A stretch of DNA of 64,000 nucleotides from Limnochordia bacterium (GTDB lineage: Bacteria; Bacillota; Limnochordia; DTU080), in contig JBMNJG010000004.1 of the NCBI GenBank assembly GCA_050951545.1, positions 1-64,000 of the forward strand. Reading direction: 5' to 3'. The notes below the pieces were generated by a model. That model made no database searches and was not told the DNA's origin. It saw only the letters and a list, made by a program, of their open reading frames with translations. Positions within the stretch are counted from its first letter, which is position 1. Every line of letters begins with the position of its first letter. Position numbers and translations under genes: made by a program. Of the stretch, positions 1 through 8,912 are shown in pieces.

Positions 1-1
1 A

Positions 2-640
2 GGCCCTACAGGTACTGATAGCGTTGAGTTATTTGGGTATATCAATTACCTGAAGGACTGCGATGCAGGGGTACAGTGGGCGCTGTTTATGCCTGACGTG
101 GTTGAGAGGCAGCAGAAGGGCTTCAAAGTGGATAGCTTTGAGTACAGGACAATGCCCGCCATGCGCTTTATCGGGCGTGAAGGCGATGACTTAGACAATA
201 TGGAAGTTCGCAAGAAACATTTTCTCATTCTGGACGACATGAACGATTATAAATCGGACTTTGCCTATGATGTCTTGTTCATGCACCATTATGGGTTAGG
301 TGTGGATGTTGGCCCGTGGCATGGTGTTTGGGGGCGGTTCATGAGGGCGGAAACCCCTGTGCCGGAAGGATTTCTCTATTTTGACTTCGTGCCGCATAAC
401 GATGGCAAGGCGGGTCCGCCGTACATTTCGCAGTTTGCGTATGCCACCTTCTCCGGCAACATGGAGGCTATGCACAGACACGAAGGCTATGACAGCGATG
501 CCATGTATGATGTCACCAGAAACATTATGCTTGGTCAAGGTGTACAGATTCCGTACCCGGATAAATACTGGACTGCCGAAGTATTTCTTGATGGATGCGA
601 CAAATACAGCACTGCTTATATGTTCAGCGCCGAGACTTAA
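2..640 (+). CDS. GyrI-like small-molecule-binding domain protein, probably the C-terminal part of a transcription regulator; 5' end lies outside the window
   Basis: Frame is open from base 2 (GPTGTDSVELFGYINYLKD...) into the 89..640 ORF; MPAMRFIG and GRFMRAETPVPEGF resemble GyrI-like effector domains. Confidence 0.5.
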   Translation, partial: GPTGTDSVELFGYINYLKDCDAGVQWALFMPDVVERQQKGFKVDSFEYRTMPAMRFIGREGDDLDNMEVRKKHFLILDDMNDYKSDFAYDVLFMHHYGLGVDVGPWHGVWGRFMRAETPVPEGFLYFDFVPHNDGKAGPPYISQFAYATFSGNMEAMHRHEGYDSDAMYDVTRNIMLGQGVQIPYPDKYWTAEVFLDGCDKYSTAYMFSAET

Positions 641-717
641 GCAATGAATAGGATAATATAACCTTGAGGACATACACTGGTATGCATACTTTCCGTAAGC
701 CCAAGTTGGAAACGCCT

Positions 718-808
718 TTCTAACAGGCGCATGCAGCTGAGGCATGGTGGTTGGGGTGGCGAAAGCAGTGCCCCAGTGGTGCGCCGCTGATACGCAGGAT
801 CGTTAGAC
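718..808 (+). other. attC-like integron cassette recombination site (91 bp)
   Basis: Inverse core TTCTAAC at 718-724, L'' ATGCAGC pairing with L' GCTGAT with one extrahelical base, core GTTAGAC at 802-808, then RBS and ATG at 830. Confidence 0.8.
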
Positions 809-829
809 CTACAATTCGGGAGGGGAGCG

Positions 830-1468
830 ATGGACTTCGTGGCCATTGATGTGGAGACCGCGAATCCAGACATGGCATCAATTTATCAGGTCGGGATCGC
901 CGGCTTTCGAGACGGGCACATCGTCAGTGAGTGGAAGTCCTTGGTGAATCCTGAGGATTGGTTCAGCCTAGCAAACGTTCATGTTCACGGGATTACGGAG
1001 GACATGGTCGCAGACGCCCCAACGCTTCCGGAGCTTGAACCCGCATTGCGGGAGCGCCTCGATGGTGGAATCGTTGTCTGCCATACTCCGTTTGACCGGG
1101 TATCCCTCCACCAAGCATTCGAAGCGTATGGTCTCGATGAACCGACAGCGGTGTGGCTTGATTCTGCAAGGGTAGCCCGACGCGGAAAGGTGGCGCCCGA
1201 TTCAAGAAGCGATCAGGTTGTCTCTGAGCACTTCCACGCAGGCGACCCGATACTCCAACGACGATGCTTGTCGCCCGCAGTGGGCGTCGGAGCCGTTGAT
1301 CTAAGGTGGTATGTGCGCTCCGAGGGCTTGACATCGACACCATGCCCTACTGGAGCCACCTTGTGCGCCTCGCCGGATCGGCGGCGCGCCCAACAGGACT
1401 TGGACGGACGAATGCCAAAGTCGGCACACTTGGAGGCACGGAATGATGGCAGTGAACCGGAAGGGTGA
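830..1468 (+). pseudogene. Truncated DEDDh 3'-5' exonuclease (DNA pol III epsilon-like) cassette gene fused to unrelated sequence
   Basis: FVAIDVETAN (ExoI), VHGIT, CHTPFD (ExoII), [10 protein letters not shown]; similarity stops near 1183 and the ExoIII HxAxxD motif is absent. Confidence 0.75.
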
Positions 1469-1540
1469 TCAGTTCTTGCGCCTAAAACGTGTCCGGAGGC
1501 GGAACGGTAGTCGGGTGGTGCGCCGCTCAAACGCAAGGAC
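1388..1540 (+). other. Degenerate attC-like site
   Basis: GCCCAAC at 1388-1394; right arm GTGGTGCGCCGCTCAAACGCAAGGA (1515-1539) shares GTGGTGCGCCGCT with the attC at 776-788; GTTRRRY core is missing. Confidence 0.45.
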
Positions 1541-1616
1541 CGATCTCGTCGCGGCCTGTTTGCCACGAGTCCCATAGTCCATTAGACTGGTGGCAGAATG
1601 AGATAGCGAGACGGTC

Positions 1617-1838
1617 GTGCTATGCTCAATATCGGTCACGATTGGCCCAGCAATTCGTGGTGGTAAGCCTGTGATTCGAGGCACGCGTATTACCGTATCG
1701 GATATGTTAGAGTATTTAGCTGGCGGTATGTCGCATCAAGAGACTCTTGCGGACTTCCCCGATCTTTCGGTGGAGGACATTCGTGCTATTCTTGCGTTTG
1801 CCGCACAACGCGAGCGCCGGCTGTTATCGTACCCATGA
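1617..1838 (+). CDS. DUF433 family antitoxin; start uncertain
   Basis: IRGGKPVIRGTRITVSDMLEYLAGGMS...LADFPDLSVEDIRAILAFAA; ATGA overlap with downstream PIN remnant. Confidence 0.85.
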   Translation: MLCSISVTIGPAIRGGKPVIRGTRITVSDMLEYLAGGMSHQETLADFPDLSVEDIRAILAFAAQRERRLLSYP

Positions 1839-1945
1839 AGCTGTTGCTTGATGAGGACCTCTCATACCGATTGCTGCCAGAGATATGGACTTCAGCGCAG
1901 TCTACTTCGCGGACGATGAAGAAGCTACGCTTCTGATACTCGACC
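1835..1945 (+). pseudogene. DUF5615 PIN-like toxin remnant with internal deletions
   Basis: ATG 1835 gives MKLLLDEDLSYRLL (family N-terminus); another frame gives RDMDFSA (DxDF motif) and FADDEEATLLIL (C-terminus-like), about 35 codons in total. Confidence 0.65.
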
Positions 1946-2052
1946 CAGTCACCAATCTGGGATTGTTAGAAAGGGCTAGAATGCGGCGCAAAGCGAAAAA
2001 GTTCCAGCGGAACAAAGCTGAAAGTGGTAGTGATGGCTAAGGAGGACTGCTT

Positions 2053-2856
2053 GTGCGAGTAGCTCTCTTCTCCGATGTCCACGGGAATGCAGTGGCACTG
2101 GCCGCCGTGCTGACCGCCATTCGGCGGGAATCGCCCGACGTAGTGGCTTTCCTGGGCGATGCAGTCCTGCGTGTCCCCATGCCGGCCGAGACCATGGCTT
2201 TGCTGCGCTCGCTGCCCCACATAGCTGTGCGCGGCAACTACGACTGGATGCTCACCGGCGACTTCCCCAACCGCGAGCAGCGCTTTGCGGCCGAGCCTTT
2301 CCTGCCGGCCGAGATCGCCTGGGTGCGGGAGCAGTTGAGCACAGAAGATACGACCTACCTGGACCAGCTGCCTATGACGGTGCGCCTCTTCAGCGGCACA
2401 CCGCAGGAGATTGTTGTCTGCCATGCCTCGCCCGGCAAGTGCTTTGGCGGTCTGTTCAAAGTGAACTCGCACTTTAAGCCGATGACGGACGAGCAGGCCT
2501 TAGCTCTGCTCGAGGGCGAGCCGGCGACCCTGATTGCCTGCGGCCACACCCACTGCGGCATGGACCGGACGGTAGGCCGCTACCGCATCATCAACGCTGG
2601 CTCCGTCTCGCTGGGGTGGAACCCTCAGGACACCTCCGACGATCGGGCCTGGTGGGTGCTCCTAGATTGGCGGCGGGAGGGCTGGCAGGTGCAGTTTCGC
2701 TCCGCTAGCTACGACCACATCCGCGTGTGGCAGGCCTACGAGGCGTGGGAGCTTTGGCCCCTGATGCAGGAGCACAGAAAGCCCCGGGGGTGGGGTGAGG
2801 CGGTTAATAAGTGGGCCATGCGCCAAGCCGCACAGGTGGCCCATCATAACATCTAA
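2053..2856 (+). CDS. Calcineurin-like metallophosphoesterase, cassette-borne
   Basis: SDVHGN, LGD, RGNYD, CHASP, CGHTH, INAGSV motifs; AAGGAGG RBS; stop codon lies inside ATCTAAC. Confidence 0.9.
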   Translation: MRVALFSDVHGNAVALAAVLTAIRRESPDVVAFLGDAVLRVPMPAETMALLRSLPHIAVRGNYDWMLTGDFPNREQRFAAEPFLPAEIAWVREQLSTEDTTYLDQLPMTVRLFSGTPQEIVVCHASPGKCFGGLFKVNSHFKPMTDEQALALLEGEPATLIACGHTHCGMDRTVGRYRIINAGSVSLGWNPQDTSDDRAWWVLLDWRREGWQVQFRSASYDHIRVWQAYEAWELWPLMQEHRKPRGWGEAVNKWAMRQAAQVAHHNI

Positions 2857-2947
2857 CAAGCGTATTATGCTGACGGGAGTTGGCGGCTGCGTTGATCGGG
2901 GAGCTGTACAGCCGGCACTGACACGCAGATTCGCTGGGCCGTGACCG
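2851..2947 (+). other. Degenerate attC-like site
   Basis: Inverse core ATCTAAC overlaps the upstream stop; AGCGTATTATGC pairs imperfectly with GCAGATTCGCT; core eroded to GTGACCG. Confidence 0.55.
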
Positions 2948-2978
2948 AATCTATCAAACCATAAGGAGATTCTATGCA

Positions 2979-3725
2979 TTGGATATTCCGCGGATTTTTA
3001 ACATCACCGAAAGTGCTCACCGCATCCATAACCCGTTCACACCCGAGAAGCTCGCTACTCTCGGCGCTGCGCTGCGTCTGGAGACGGGAACCCGAGTGCT
3101 CGACCTCGGCAGCGGTTCGGGGGAGATGCTGTGTACCTGGGCACGCGACTACGGAGTCATCGGCACCGGCATCGACATGAGCCGGTTGTTCACCGAGCAA
3201 GCGAGACTCCGCGCTGAAGAACTCGGTGTCGCCGATCAAGTCCAGTTCATCCATGGCGATGCTGCTGGCTTCGTCTCTGACGAGAAGGCCGGTGTGGCAG
3301 CTTGTATCGGTGCCACGTGGATCGGTGGGGGAGTCTTCGGCACCATCGAGCTTCTGGCGCAGAGCCTCTGCCCCGGAGGGATCATCCTCATCGGCGAACC
3401 CTACTGGCGGCAGTTGCCTCCGACGGAAGATGCTGCCAGGGGGTGTCTTGCCGGCTCAGTCTCCGACTTTCTCCTGCTTCCAGACCTTCTCGCGTCTTTC
3501 GGCCATCTCGGCTACGACGTCGTCGAAATGGTTTTGGCAGACCAAGACAGCTGGGACAGATACGAGGCGGCCAAGTGGCTCACCATGCGCCGATGGCTTG
3601 AAGCCAATCCCGACGACGAGTTCGCGAAAGATGTTCGAGCCAAACTAACCTCGGAACCCGAGCGCTACGCCGCTTACACGCGTGAATACCTGGGCTGGGG
3701 CGTGTTCGCGCTGATGACGCGGTGA
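2979..3725 (+). CDS. yjhP: Class I SAM-dependent methyltransferase, YjhP-like
   Basis: MDIPRIFNITESAHRIHNP N-terminus, VLDLGSGSGE motif I, REYLGWGVFAL C-terminus. Confidence 0.85.
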   Translation: MDIPRIFNITESAHRIHNPFTPEKLATLGAALRLETGTRVLDLGSGSGEMLCTWARDYGVIGTGIDMSRLFTEQARLRAEELGVADQVQFIHGDAAGFVSDEKAGVAACIGATWIGGGVFGTIELLAQSLCPGGIILIGEPYWRQLPPTEDAARGCLAGSVSDFLLLPDLLASFGHLGYDVVEMVLADQDSWDRYEAAKWLTMRRWLEANPDDEFAKDVRAKLTSEPERYAAYTREYLGWGVFALMTR

Positions 3726-3769
3726 TGAGGGGATTACCGGGCGACTCAGAAGGTGGGGAAAATCCAAAA

Positions 3770-3946
3770 GTGGAGCATCTCACGCCTGTTGCGAGGGGGG
3801 GCAGCAACAGGGTAAGTAATCTGGGCCTGGCCTGTGAGCCCTGCAATCGTGAAAAAGGAACGATGACTGCAGAGGATTTCGGGTTTCCAGACCTGCAGAA
3901 GCAGGCCAGTCAATCGTTGAGAGATGCTGCGGGGGTAAACGCTACC
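3770..3946 (+). pseudogene. IscB (IS200/IS605 HNH endonuclease) fragment
   Basis: VEHLTPVARGGSNRVSNLGLACEPCNREKG HNH followed by AEDFGFPDLQKQASQSLRDAAGVNAT, the post-HNH segment typical of IscB. Confidence 0.75.
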
Positions 3947-3956
3947 GAGCGGCGTG

Positions 3957-4167
3957 ATGTTCGGTCTCGTCGACACGACGCCCAGCGTCTATCTGCATCA
4001 CTGTTCTCAATTGGGCGAGTTCCGGCTGGCGAGCGATGCGGTTATTCCCACATTACCTCAACGTAGACAGTCCTTTGAGTGCCACGCTCGCACGGTACGC
4101 GGACGTCTTCCGTTTGTTCGGCGATTTCCGTGGATACGTGGAGTTCTTTCTTCTGACGATGCCTAAC
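3957..4167 (+). pseudogene. DUF6994-like gene remnant, two non-adjacent segments in different frames
   Basis: DTTPSVYLHHCSQLGEFRLASDAVIPT joined out of frame to HYLNVDSPLSATLARYADVFRLFGDFRGYVEFFLL; GCCTAAC at 4161-4167 may be a relic inverse core. Confidence 0.6.
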
Positions 4168-4368
4168 GCTGAAGTCGCTACCATGTCACGGTTAACCCTA
4201 TGCTTACCTGTCTGGTCATCGTGCCCGTGCACTACCCTCCTTGTGAGCGAACTGCAGGTGAGGTAGGATTGAGCAAGGGAGGCGACGGTGCAGTGTGGTT
4301 GGGAGACTGACCAGATCCTACAGTATAGGCCAACGCATAGCATGTAGCTAGGCGCAGAAGCAGGGGGT

Positions 4369-6183
4369 ATGTTAGTGGGCAGAAAGAGTGCTTGGGTCGT
4401 TTTCGTTCTGTGCGTGATGCTCGCCCTCGCCTGGTGCGAAGTGGCCAACGCCAAGGAGTATGTTGTGGCGAAGGCCCAGATAACTGCCCAGATAACGTCA
4501 GATGGCTCACTGTTCGTCTCCGAGGAGCGCACATACCGCTTTTCGGGAAGCTATAGCTGGGCTTCGATGACGCTGTCGACGAATGCCTCTCAGCCGATTG
4601 AGGGTATCACGGTAACCGAAGGTGGCCAGCGCTACATCGAGGATGATGCGCAAACACCCGGAACATATCAGGTCACGTCCACACCTAAGCAGACGGACAT
4701 CAAGTGGTATTACGAAGCCAAAGATGAGGAGCGTACCTTTACCATAGGCTACCGCGTACGCAATGCGGTAAATGCCTATAGCGACGTGGCAGAGCTGTAC
4801 TGGCAGTTCATCGGCAAGGAGTGGGACGTCCCGACGAAGCGGGCCGTGGTTGTCGTTACACTGCCAGGCGCGGCACCTGCAGGCTCCCTAAGGGTATGGG
4901 GACATGGTCCCCTTCATGGTAGTGTCCACGTGGTGGATGCCTCGACAGCCCGCTGGGAGGTCGACAGTCTACCCGCACGGACGTTTCTGGAGGCTCGCCT
5001 CACTTTCCCGCCCTCTCTGGTGCCGCAGGTGGTCTCGCGTGAGAGTACAGCTGGTCTTCCCGCCATACTGGCAGAGGAGGAGGCCTGGGCTGCACAGGCC
5101 AACCGCGTCCGGGCACGAGCGAAGCTCGATGGCCAGGTGGCCATGCTTACGTTGGCCTTAGTGGTGTTGGGTTCCATGCTCTTTTGGAACAGGTACGCTC
5201 GTCCCTTTCCCAGCGACTTCCAGGGCGACTACTTTCGTGAACCGCCTACGGACTACCCGCCTGCTGTGCTAGGTATTCTGTGGCGCGGCCACAGTACCCC
5301 TGATGATATGGCGGCCACGCTGTTGGATCTGCTCCGGCGCAAGCATCTGACCGCTGAGCCGCAGACCTCTGCCAAAAAGCGTCGCTCGCGCCGTGAGGAT
5401 TTCATTCTTAGGCGGCCGGAGGAAGGCGGCAAAGATGCGCTGAGCGCCCCTGAACGCCTCCTGATGGAGCTCCTCTTCGAGGATATCGCTGGCTGGTTGC
5501 CTACAGGCGACCCGGTGACCATTGGAAGCATCCGCCGTTACGCTCAGAAGAACGGTTCTCGTTTCAGAACCTGGCACGCGAACTGGACGAAAGCCGCCAA
5601 ACGCGCCGCTGACAAGCATGAGATCTTTGATACGACCAATAGCGCAGGACGCGGTTGGGCGGGCGGCGTCGCAGCAATACTCGCGATCACTGGCTTTGTG
5701 CTGATCGCTGCCAGTGGCTACAGACTCACTGGTGCCAGCTTACTGGTTGGTGCCGTTGCTGCTACGCTCTGCGCTACATTGAGCCGGCGGCATACGCCCG
5801 AGTTTCGAACAGAGCGCCTTAAGTGGCGGGCGTTTCGTCGTTTTCTGCGACATTTCTCGAAGATCGAAGATGCTCCAGTCTACTCAGTTACCATTTGGGA
5901 GCACTATCTGGTTTATGCTGTTGTACTCGGTGTGGCAAGGGAAGTTATCCGGCAGTTGCAGGTACTGATGCCTGAGTTGCGGAATGATCCCCACTATGCT
6001 TCCAGTTGGCTAGCTATTGGCATGAGTTCCGAGGGTGGCCAGTCCATCACCTCTCTGACAGGTTCCTTTGTGTCAGCGGTGCAGGTGGCCATGTCGCAGA
6101 GCAGTTCAGGTTCAGGCAGTGGTGGTGGTTTCAGCTCTGGTGGTGGTGGCGGTGGCGGTGGCGGCGGTGGAAGCGCTGGATAG
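4369..6183 (+). CDS. DUF2207 family membrane protein
   Basis: Signal peptide, ELYWQFIG, WGHGPL, WEHYLVYAVVLGV, Gly/Ser-rich tail; adjacent to lemA. Confidence 0.9.
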   Translation: MLVGRKSAWVVFVLCVMLALAWCEVANAKEYVVAKAQITAQITSDGSLFVSEERTYRFSGSYSWASMTLSTNASQPIEGITVTEGGQRYIEDDAQTPGTYQVTSTPKQTDIKWYYEAKDEERTFTIGYRVRNAVNAYSDVAELYWQFIGKEWDVPTKRAVVVVTLPGAAPAGSLRVWGHGPLHGSVHVVDASTARWEVDSLPARTFLEARLTFPPSLVPQVVSRESTAGLPAILAEEEAWAAQANRVRARAKLDGQVAMLTLALVVLGSMLFWNRYARPFPSDFQGDYFREPPTDYPPAVLGILWRGHSTPDDMAATLLDLLRRKHLTAEPQTSAKKRRSRREDFILRRPEEGGKDALSAPERLLMELLFEDIAGWLPTGDPVTIGSIRRYAQKNGSRFRTWHANWTKAAKRAADKHEIFDTTNSAGRGWAGGVAAILAITGFVLIAASGYRLTGASLLVGAVAATLCATLSRRHTPEFRTERLKWRAFRRFLRHFSKIEDAPVYSVTIWEHYLVYAVVLGVAREVIRQLQVLMPELRNDPHYASSWLAIGMSSEGGQSITSLTGSFVSAVQVAMSQSSSGSGSGGGFSSGGGGGGGGGGGSAG

Positions 6184-6228
6184 CGGCGAGCCTACGAGGC
6201 AGACAGCTTGCATAAGGAGGCGGTATTC

Positions 6229-6771
6229 ATGCCATATGTGGCGATTGGTATCGGGGTAGTGGTCCTCTGGGTTGCCTACAGCTACAACCGATTCGTGGTC
6301 TTGCGTGCCCGGGTGCATAACGCCTGGTCTCAGATCGAGGTACAGTTGCGAATGCGTCATGATCTGATCCCCAACATCGTGGCGACCGTGCAGGGGTATG
6401 CAGCGCATGAGAAAGGCCTTTTCGCACAGGTCGCTGAGGCTCGCAGTCGCGCGATGGGTATGAGCACAGTTGCGGGAAGAGAAGAGGCTGAATCGGCACT
6501 TAGCGGTGCGCTGAGATCGCTGTTTGCCGTGGCAGAGGCTTACCCTGTCTTGCGCGCCAGCGAGAACTTCACCAATCTGCAACAGCAGCTTCAGGACGTA
6601 GAGAAGAGGCTGGCGTATACACGGCAGTTCTACAACGACACAGTGCTACGCTATAACACCCGTCTGCAGGTCTTTCCGTCCAATCTGCTGGCAGCCATCT
6701 TTCATCTGACACCCGAGTCTTACTTTCAGGCTGGTCAAGAGAGCCAGAGCCCGGTGGAAGTGAAGTTCTAG
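6229..6771 (+). CDS. lemA: LemA family protein
   Basis: N-terminal TM, YNRFV, NAWSQIEVQL, DLIPN, AEAYP, RQFYND; AAGGAGG before ATG 6229. Confidence 0.92.
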   Translation: MPYVAIGIGVVVLWVAYSYNRFVVLRARVHNAWSQIEVQLRMRHDLIPNIVATVQGYAAHEKGLFAQVAEARSRAMGMSTVAGREEAESALSGALRSLFAVAEAYPVLRASENFTNLQQQLQDVEKRLAYTRQFYNDTVLRYNTRLQVFPSNLLAAIFHLTPESYFQAGQESQSPVEVKF

Positions 6772-6784
6772 GGGGGCACAGGGC

Positions 6785-7468
6785 ATGTCTGGACGGCCCG
6801 CCGCGATCAGAACCTGGTGGATGAAGAATATCGTCTTCCTGATCATCACAGGTGCCGATTTGTTTCTGGCCGCAGGTCGAATCCGCTGGGGCATGGCCTG
6901 GGCCTACTTGGTCAGTATGAGTATCATCATGGTGGCCAACGCGGCGGCCATGGACCCGAGTCTGCTGGTCGAAAGGTCACAGCTGCAGGAAGAAACGAAA
7001 GAGTGGGACGTGCCCCTGGTGATCCTGGTGTCGATGTGGGGGCCGCTTGTGATAGGGCTCATGGCCGGGCTTGATATCCGGTTTGAGTGGTCACGGGGCA
7101 TCACACCGATGCTGCAAGTGGCGGCCTTGCTCCTTGTCGTTGCGGGGGGAGCCCTAGGTACGTGGTCGATGGCCTCCAATCCCTTTTTCTCTGCCACGGT
7201 CCGTATACAGACGGAGCGCGATCATCGGGTCATCACGCAGGGTCCCTATCGATACGTCCGTCACCCAGGCTATGTAGGAGGTATCGTCTTTGCCTTGATG
7301 AGTCCTATTGCCTTGGGCTCCTGGGTGGCGCTTGCTCCAGGCCTGCTAGTGGCATGTGGCTACGCTCTCCGCACGTGTCTGGAAGACAAAGCGCTGCTGC
7401 ACGAGTTGCCGGGGTATCAAGACTACGCAGAATTGGTCCGCTATCGTTTCATCCCGGGCATCTGGTGA
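6785..7468 (+). CDS. Isoprenylcysteine carboxyl methyltransferase/PEMT family membrane protein
   Basis: NPFFSATVRIQ, GPYRYVRHPGY, ELPGYQDY...RYRFIPGIW. Confidence 0.88.
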   Translation: MSGRPAAIRTWWMKNIVFLIITGADLFLAAGRIRWGMAWAYLVSMSIIMVANAAAMDPSLLVERSQLQEETKEWDVPLVILVSMWGPLVIGLMAGLDIRFEWSRGITPMLQVAALLLVVAGGALGTWSMASNPFFSATVRIQTERDHRVITQGPYRYVRHPGYVGGIVFALMSPIALGSWVALAPGLLVACGYALRTCLEDKALLHELPGYQDYAELVRYRFIPGIW

Positions 7469-7505
7469 TCAGATCGTCGTGTCCATCAGCCCATTGAGGC
7501 TGGTT

Positions 7506-8669
7506 TCACTCCCCGGCTTGGTAGCACTCTTTGCGCGCGGTCAAGGTATCCACATACTCCCAATCCACAGTGACGCCACTACCAGGTCCCTGGGGTACGT
7601 CCATCAAACCGTCTTTGGCCTCCAGAGCCTCGTGAACGATGTCTCGCCGCCAATAGCGGCTAGCAGATGCTGTGTCGCCTGGCATGGTGAAGTTGGGCAG
7701 CGAGGCCAGGGCCAGGTTGAAGGCGCGCCCCACGCCACTCTCCAAGCGTCCGCCACACCATACTGGTGCCGAGAAAGCTTCCGCTACATCGTGCACCTGG
7801 CGGGCTCTCAACAGCCCACCGACGCGACCCAACTTGATGTTAATCACGTGGGCTGCCTGTGTAGCAAGTGCTTTACGGGCATCGGCGGGCGAGCCTATGG
7901 ACTCGTCGAGGCAGATCGGAGTTGCTAACCGAGCCTGTAGCAGGGCGTGATCGTGGAGATCGTCGTGAGCCAGGGGTTGCTCGATGTATGCTAAGTCATA
8001 TTCGTCCAGCTTCTGCAGAGTCGTGATGTCTGACAAGCGGTAGGCAGAATTGGCGTCCACCGAGAGTACGATCTCCGGGAAGCAGGCACGCACGGCCGCG
8101 ACAATGGCGAGATCGTGTCCGGGCTTGATCTTTAGCTTGATTCTCCTGTAGCCTTGGGCGACCGCCGCCTCTACCTGGCTCAGAAGGGCTTCGGTGGAGG
8201 GCTGCAGGCCCAGAGAGATACCGACAGGCACCTGACTGTAGACTCCTCCGAGCACTTGCCACAGAGGGAGATTGCGCGCCCGAGCGAAGGCTTCCCAAAA
8301 GGCACACTCGAGGGCAGCTTTGGCCATGCGATGCCCGCGGATAGGCGCTAGCGCACCCACGAGCGCAGTAGCATTGGCGAAGCGCTTGCCCAAGACTGCA
8401 GGGAGGATGAGGGTGGGAAGTACCGCCCAAGCAGTGTCGATGGTCTCTTCACAGTATCCGGCGGATTCCGGCGCCACGCATTCTGCTACGCCCTCGCCCT
8501 GGTCTGTTCGCAGGCGCAACAGGAGTATGCGCCGCTCCTGAGTGGCTCCAAAGCTGGTTTCAAAGCGGAAGTTCAGGGGCATGCGAATCTCAGTTAGCTC
8601 TACTTGCTCAATCTGCAACGCCACGGGCCTCCTAGTGTCACCTTGCGCCAGCATGTTGGTAGCCGTCAC
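7506..8669 (-). CDS. menC: o-succinylbenzoate synthase / N-acylamino acid racemase (enolase superfamily)
   Basis: FETSFG, IKLKIKPG, VDAN, IEQP, LDES, INIKLGRVGG, WCGG, PGD. Confidence 0.85.
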   Translation of the reverse strand: MTATNMLAQGDTRRPVALQIEQVELTEIRMPLNFRFETSFGATQERRILLLRLRTDQGEGVAECVAPESAGYCEETIDTAWAVLPTLILPAVLGKRFANATALVGALAPIRGHRMAKAALECAFWEAFARARNLPLWQVLGGVYSQVPVGISLGLQPSTEALLSQVEAAVAQGYRRIKLKIKPGHDLAIVAAVRACFPEIVLSVDANSAYRLSDITTLQKLDEYDLAYIEQPLAHDDLHDHALLQARLATPICLDESIGSPADARKALATQAAHVINIKLGRVGGLLRARQVHDVAEAFSAPVWCGGRLESGVGRAFNLALASLPNFTMPGDTASASRYWRRDIVHEALEAKDGLMDVPQGPGSGVTVDWEYVDTLTARKECYQAGE

Positions 8670-8912
8670 GCGTGCTCCCTAGCCATGCCAGCAAAGGTCA
8701 TTCTGTAGGCACAGACCGTTCTCCTGCCGTGATTGGTGCCCGCTTCTTGTGTGATGGTAGCGGGCACAACGGGCTGGCCCAGCTCTAGTCTCGCGGCCAT
8801 CTCCCTGATTGGCTCAGCATAAACTAGGTGGCTCACAGGGAGATCGGGCTCTAAGAAAGGAAAACCAAAGCTAAGCCTCGCGGGAGTTGCTGTTTCTTGG
8901 CCACCCCCTCGC

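Noticed and set aside
6100-6180. GGT/GGC-rich tandem repeats
   Set aside because: Encode the normal Gly/Ser tail of DUF2207 proteins
7730-7770. MenC WCGGRLE instead of the usual WCGGMLE
   Set aside because: Single substitution with catalytic Lys/Asp/Glu residues intact; not enough to claim altered function
8670-8850. Open minus-strand frame upstream of menC (PDLPVSHLVY...GTNHGRRT)
   Set aside because: May be another gene relic but I cannot assign a family
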